Shown piece by piece: positions 60,214-64,000 of a stretch of 64,000 nucleotides of DNA (position 1 is the stretch's first letter; each line of letters begins with the position of its first letter). The translations under genes and the position numbers were made by a program. Below the pieces are notes generated by a model that worked only from the letters and a program-made list of their open reading frames with translations, was not told the DNA's origin and searched no databases. The stretch spans positions 10,473 to 74,472 of the forward strand of contig CACNFT010000003.1 in NCBI GenBank assembly GCA_902619825.1, written 5' to 3'. This DNA comes from an uncultured Candidatus Actinomarina sp. Lineage in GTDB: Bacteria > Actinomycetota > Acidimicrobiia > Actinomarinales > Actinomarinaceae.

Positions 60214-61526
60214 TTTTTAGATTGAATCAATTTTTCAATATTGAAAACCAATATAAGAAAAGTAAAAGTCAAAAAACAATAATATAAAGTTTTACTTAGA
60301 AAGAATAAAAAAAGTTCAACAATATTATTTTCAAGCGACGTGCCTACAAAGTATTGAAGAGGAATTACCGCAAAGGTAATTAAAAATAGTAAAGTCATAT
60401 TTTTATTCAAGAATTTAAATACTGCTAAAAATAATAAAATGTTTAAAGAGAATTTATAGCCATAATTAGAGTAGGAATTTATAAAAATTGAAAGAAATGA
60501 AAATATTATTATCAATAGTGAGTCTTGAGTCTTCCACTCTTTAATTTGAATCTTGAATATAGATGAATACAATTTTTGTCTTAAGATAAATAATGAAATT
60601 AAAAATATGGACAAAGAGGTAATAAATATATATAAATACACTGTATTTATCGACTCTAAAAGAGTGAGGTCGTGGAAGAGACCAAATGTATTAACTTTTG
60701 ATATTGGACTAGGAACTGAAATATTGAGTGAGTTGTAATACCACAAAAGTACAACCGTATTAATTAAAGATACAATTGTAATTTTTTTTATATTTTCATA
60801 ATCTTTGCTTATCAATTTATAGACTATTACACCAAATAAGATAAAAATTGGATAAATTTTAAATAGTGTAAGCAAAGTCAAGAAAAACATATATAAATTG
60901 CTAGCTAAAAATTTTTCGTTTTTGAATAAAATCAAGAAATAAAAAATAAAAATAATGTCATGATTTAATGTTTGAAATAAAAATAGGAATGGTGGAAAGG
61001 TAATCAATAAATTTAAGAATAAAAAATTGTTATTTTTTTGTTTATAAATTAAGTAAATCATAGTTGAGAAAGTAATAACAAATATAAAGATAGATGATGT
61101 CCATGGATTTAATGTAATATTAAATTGCCTTGCAAAAGGGCCGTAAATGTATTCTGAAAACGGACCAAAGCCCAATGAAATACATTCCATTTTTTCAGTA
61201 GTAAATTTATAGGTGTAATGTAGGCTCCAATCAACCTGGCAATTTAACTTAAATAAAAATAGTTGCATATCCCAAAAAATTGACTTATTTTGATGTATAA
61301 AAATTGTGATGATTCTTAGTAAATAAAAAAATATTGGAAAAAATTTTAATAAGTTTACATTAGTTTTAGTCAACCAATTTTTATTTTTAGAGTTAAATAA
61401 GTAAATAAAAAATAATATCGATATCAAAATGAAATACTCATAAAAAAAATTACTGAGTAAATACAGACAAGCAATAAAAACCGTAGCTACCGTACTCAAT
61501 TTGAAAATTTTTAACTCATTAATCAT
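60210..61526 (-). CDS. large integral membrane protein (O-antigen ligase/polymerase-like topology)
   Basis: 438 aa with about 11 TM. Convergent 4-nt overlap with the previous gene. Confidence 0.4.
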   Translation of the reverse strand: MINELKIFKLSTVATVFIACLYLLSNFFYEYFILISILFFIYLFNSKNKNWLTKTNVNLLKFFPIFFYLLRIITIFIHQNKSIFWDMQLFLFKLNCQVDWSLHYTYKFTTEKMECISLGFGPFSEYIYGPFARQFNITLNPWTSSIFIFVITFSTMIYLIYKQKNNNFLFLNLLITFPPFLFLFQTLNHDIIFIFYFLILFKNEKFLASNLYMFFLTLLTLFKIYPIFILFGVIVYKLISKDYENIKKITIVSLINTVVLLWYYNSLNISVPSPISKVNTFGLFHDLTLLESINTVYLYIFITSLSIFLISLFILRQKLYSSIFKIQIKEWKTQDSLLIIIFSFLSIFINSYSNYGYKFSLNILLFLAVFKFLNKNMTLLFLITFAVIPLQYFVGTSLENNIVELFLFFLSKTLYYCFLTFTFLILVFNIEKLIQSKN

Positions 61527-61667
61527 GTGTTCATTGTAATTTTATTTTTTTAATTTATTGGACTTACTTTTATTTCTATTTGAATAAATAAATGATGAGT
61601 TAACAAAAATTTAATTTATGACTTTCTTATTTGATATGAATAACTAGACAATGTGTAATATGGTTGT

Positions 61668-62654
61668 ATGAAAACTGCACTAGTCCTCGGAGGTGGTGGT
61701 TTTATTGGAAGCCACATGGTAACTCAATTAAAAAATGAAGGTTATTTTGTAAGAGCCTTAGATGTTAAGTTACCAGAATTTTCAACAACTAGCGCTGATG
61801 AATTCGAAGTCTATGACCTTACTAACCCAGAAAAATATGAAGACTTTTTTACAATAAATAACTCTTGTTTTGATGAAATCTATCAGTATGCAGCAGATAT
61901 GGGAGGAGCAGGTTATATATTTAGTGGTGAAAATGACTCTAGTGTTATGACAAACTCATCATTGGTCAACCTAAATACTCTCAAAACTATAGTGACATTG
62001 AATAATAAATATGAAACAAATAAAAGTAGAGTTTTCTACGCAAGTTCAGCTTGTATTTATCCTGAGCATAATCAATTAGACCCTGAGAATCCAAATTGCT
62101 CAGAAGATTCAGCATATCCGGCTATGCCAGATTCTGAATACGGATGGGAAAAACTTTTTTCTGAAAGACTTTATCTCAGTTATGCAAGAAATTTTTCCAT
62201 AAATGTAAGGATTGCTAGATTTCATAACATATTTGGCCCTGAAGGTACATATGATGGTGGAAAAGAAAAAGTACCTGCTGCAATTTGTAGAAAAGTTGCT
62301 TTATCAAATGGTGAAATAGAAGTTTGGGGTGATGGAAAACAAACAAGATCTTTTCTTTTTATTGATGAGTGTATAAATGCTACAAGAAAATTAATGCTAT
62401 CAAATGAGACTGGCCCTTTTAATATCGGATCAGAAGAAATGGTGTCAATAAACGAATTAGTTGATATCGTCGCCGATGTTGCTGGCAAGAATATAACAAT
62501 AAAACATATTGATGGACCATTAGGTGTTAGAGGTAGAAACTCAGACAATAAATTAATAAAAGAGAAATTAAATTGGGATTATAAAATGTCATTAAAGGAC
62601 GGAATCAAAATAACTTATGACTGGATAGAGAAACAGCTTTTAAATATTGAGTAA
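61668..62654 (+). CDS. NAD-dependent sugar-nucleotide epimerase/dehydratase (extended SDR)
   Basis: LVLGGGGFIGSHMV Rossmann motif and the YxxxK catalytic region of the extended SDR family. Confidence 0.7.
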   Translation: MKTALVLGGGGFIGSHMVTQLKNEGYFVRALDVKLPEFSTTSADEFEVYDLTNPEKYEDFFTINNSCFDEIYQYAADMGGAGYIFSGENDSSVMTNSSLVNLNTLKTIVTLNNKYETNKSRVFYASSACIYPEHNQLDPENPNCSEDSAYPAMPDSEYGWEKLFSERLYLSYARNFSINVRIARFHNIFGPEGTYDGGKEKVPAAICRKVALSNGEIEVWGDGKQTRSFLFIDECINATRKLMLSNETGPFNIGSEEMVSINELVDIVADVAGKNITIKHIDGPLGVRGRNSDNKLIKEKLNWDYKMSLKDGIKITYDWIEKQLLNIE

Positions 62655-63531
62655 ATTTTTAGTTATTTTAACTGGCTCTCCAAGAGGAGGTCTTAAAACC
62701 TGGAATAGTCTATTCAAAAATATTATTGATCCATTGAATGCGGATTTAGCTATATGTTTTGGCAACAAATTTTTGGAAAAAGATAACTCATTATTGGTTA
62801 AAAAAGCTACTCACGATTGGACTTTTGAGGAACCAAATAATTGGTCAACATATTATCAAGATAATTATTCAAAAAAAGCTATAGATTTTCTAATATCTGG
62901 TTCAGATTATGGAATGGCAGGTGGAATAGACGACAACACTGGTTCAGGAGCTATCGTTAGTGCATTAAAAGATATAATATATAAAAATCATATCAAAATA
63001 GTAGAAGATTACGATTTTGTAATTCATACAAGAGCTGATCAATATTACGTGGATAAATTACCAGAAATAAAAGATAATGAAATCCTTATTCCAAGTGGTG
63101 AAGACTATTTTGGAATTTGTGACAGGTTTATATTATTTCATAGTAAATTTGCAAAAAATTATTTCAGCTTATGTAATTTCTTAGAAAATGCACAAGATAA
63201 GAATTTAGCGCCAGATTTTGTGACACCAGAAAGTGTCCTACTTTCCCACCTTAAAAATGAAAATTTGTATTCAAATGTAAAAAGAATAGACCGATTTAAT
63301 TTTACAGTTACATTAAAAAACGAACACACCCGCTGGAGAGTTGCAAAATATAATTTATACCTAAAAAATCTTATGATAAAGTATCCTGATGAGTTTTTAG
63401 ACTCGATGGAAAATTTACGAAAAAAATATGGTTTTTATAGATTCTTATTAAAAGATATTGTTTTAGCTTTAAATTTTTACTACCTTGTCTTACGTAAAGT
63501 TCTTGGCAAACTTAAGAAACTATTTTCTTAA
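62647..63531 (+). CDS. hypothetical protein
   Basis: 294 aa soluble ORF overlapping the epimerase by 8 nt, with no recognisable motif. Confidence 0.35.
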   Translation: MSKFLVILTGSPRGGLKTWNSLFKNIIDPLNADLAICFGNKFLEKDNSLLVKKATHDWTFEEPNNWSTYYQDNYSKKAIDFLISGSDYGMAGGIDDNTGSGAIVSALKDIIYKNHIKIVEDYDFVIHTRADQYYVDKLPEIKDNEILIPSGEDYFGICDRFILFHSKFAKNYFSLCNFLENAQDKNLAPDFVTPESVLLSHLKNENLYSNVKRIDRFNFTVTLKNEHTRWRVAKYNLYLKNLMIKYPDEFLDSMENLRKKYGFYRFLLKDIVLALNFYYLVLRKVLGKLKKLFS

Positions 63532-64000
63532 TAGCGTTATTGGATTTGTATAGTCTATGTTTAAATCTTGTTCTTCAATTTTGAAATTGTGAGTTTCAGC
63601 AAGATTTAAAAAATTTTTTATTCCTACCCAATACCATCTTCCTGGAAAGGGTTTGCCATTACTGTCTTTTAAAGCATCTTTAATTAACTTATTGTTTGAG
63701 AGTTTGTAAATAAATTTTTTTTCTGGCAGATATTGGATTACATGGTTCCTATTTTCAGGTTCGCTATTTATATATTTAGCAGGATCAGCATACATTATCA
63801 AAAGTTTTGATCCAGGTTTGCATTTTTTATTTAAAGATTTTAAATAAGCTTCAACTCCAGATTGAGATATATGACAGAAAACATCATAACTAAATACAAA
63901 GTCTATTGAGTTGTTTTCAATGTGATCTAAGGAAAAATCTAAGTTTTGTTTATATTTAACTTTTTTTTTGCTTTCTTCTCCCATATATTCCCAAAAACTA
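63520..64000 (-). CDS. class I SAM-dependent methyltransferase, 5'-truncated by the window edge
   Basis: Post-motif-I region SIDFVFSYDVFCHIS. The reading frame stays open upstream of the annotated Met through position 64000. Confidence 0.5.
   Translation of the reverse strand, partial: SFWEYMGEESKKKVKYKQNLDFSLDHIENNSIDFVFSYDVFCHISQSGVEAYLKSLNKKCKPGSKLLIMYADPAKYINSEPENRNHVIQYLPEKKFIYKLSNNKLIKDALKDSNGKPFPGRWYWVGIKNFLNLAETHNFKIEEQDLNIDYTNPITLLRK

Noticed and set aside
1-64000. A CRISPR array, integrase, transposase or toxin-antitoxin pair.
   Set aside because: I scanned for regularly spaced short direct repeats and for recombinase or nuclease motifs and found none. The only repeats are the coding tandem repeats and the tRNA-Val duplication listed above.

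Overview
This 64 kb window is AT-rich (roughly 30% GC) and very tightly packed, with many 1-4 bp gene overlaps. It looks like a streamlined marine bacterium, possibly low-GC Actinobacteria-like. That guess rests on an MshA-like GT4, a two-subunit biotin acyl-CoA carboxylase and a Rieske + diheme cytochrome c set, and it is not certain.

Contents in order:
- 0-15 kb: ribosomal protein L25/Ctc, an ABC-2 exporter, tRNA-Arg(CCT), a cold-shock protein and a fused MDR-ADH/Gfo-Idh-MocA oxidoreductase. A biotin module follows (birA, carboxyltransferase beta, bioY, biotin carboxylase/BCCP alpha), then a complete type II fatty-acid synthesis cluster (acpS-fabD-fabH-fabG-acpP-fabF, with fabI convergent).
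- 15-31 kb: pyruvate,phosphate dikinase and a divergent archaeal-type (type II) GAPDH-like gene. Then cytochrome b561, pntAA-pntAB-pntB transhydrogenase, glycerate kinase, a GH57 lipoprotein, a YbaK-like deacylase, an amidinotransferase-fold enzyme and a nucleoside hydrolase.
- 31-40 kb: an atypical respiratory locus. One operon encodes a 2[4Fe-4S] ferredoxin, a split cytochrome b (b6-like plus SUIV-like), a Rieske protein and a diheme cytochrome c, followed by an SPFH protein. The divergent operon encodes a 467-aa polytopic membrane protein and two tandem mono-heme cytochromes c that share an identical ~200 bp 5' module.
- 40-47 kb: rimK with its retropepsin-like partner, a DUF62 SAM hydroxide adenosyltransferase, two paralogous membrane-anchored alpha/beta hydrolases, an MshA-like GT4 and a CelD-like GNAT.
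- 47-51 kb: a class II (B12-dependent) ribonucleotide reductase, nrdJ. It has tandem NrdR boxes upstream, a GTG start, a 27-bp x3 repeat and a C-terminal zinc ribbon.
- 51-64 kb: an even more AT-rich region that looks like a cell-envelope glycosylation island. It holds five large uncharacterised polytopic membrane proteins (GT-C-like architecture), a Ppm1/DPM1-like GT2, methyltransferases, an FAD oxidoreductase and an NAD epimerase. In the middle sits tRNA-Val(TAC) plus a duplicated 3' tRNA fragment that brackets a 0.75 kb one-gene cassette.

No CRISPR array, no integrase or transposase and no rRNA were seen. The features most worth follow-up are the respiratory locus, the tRNA-Val scar and the membrane-protein island.
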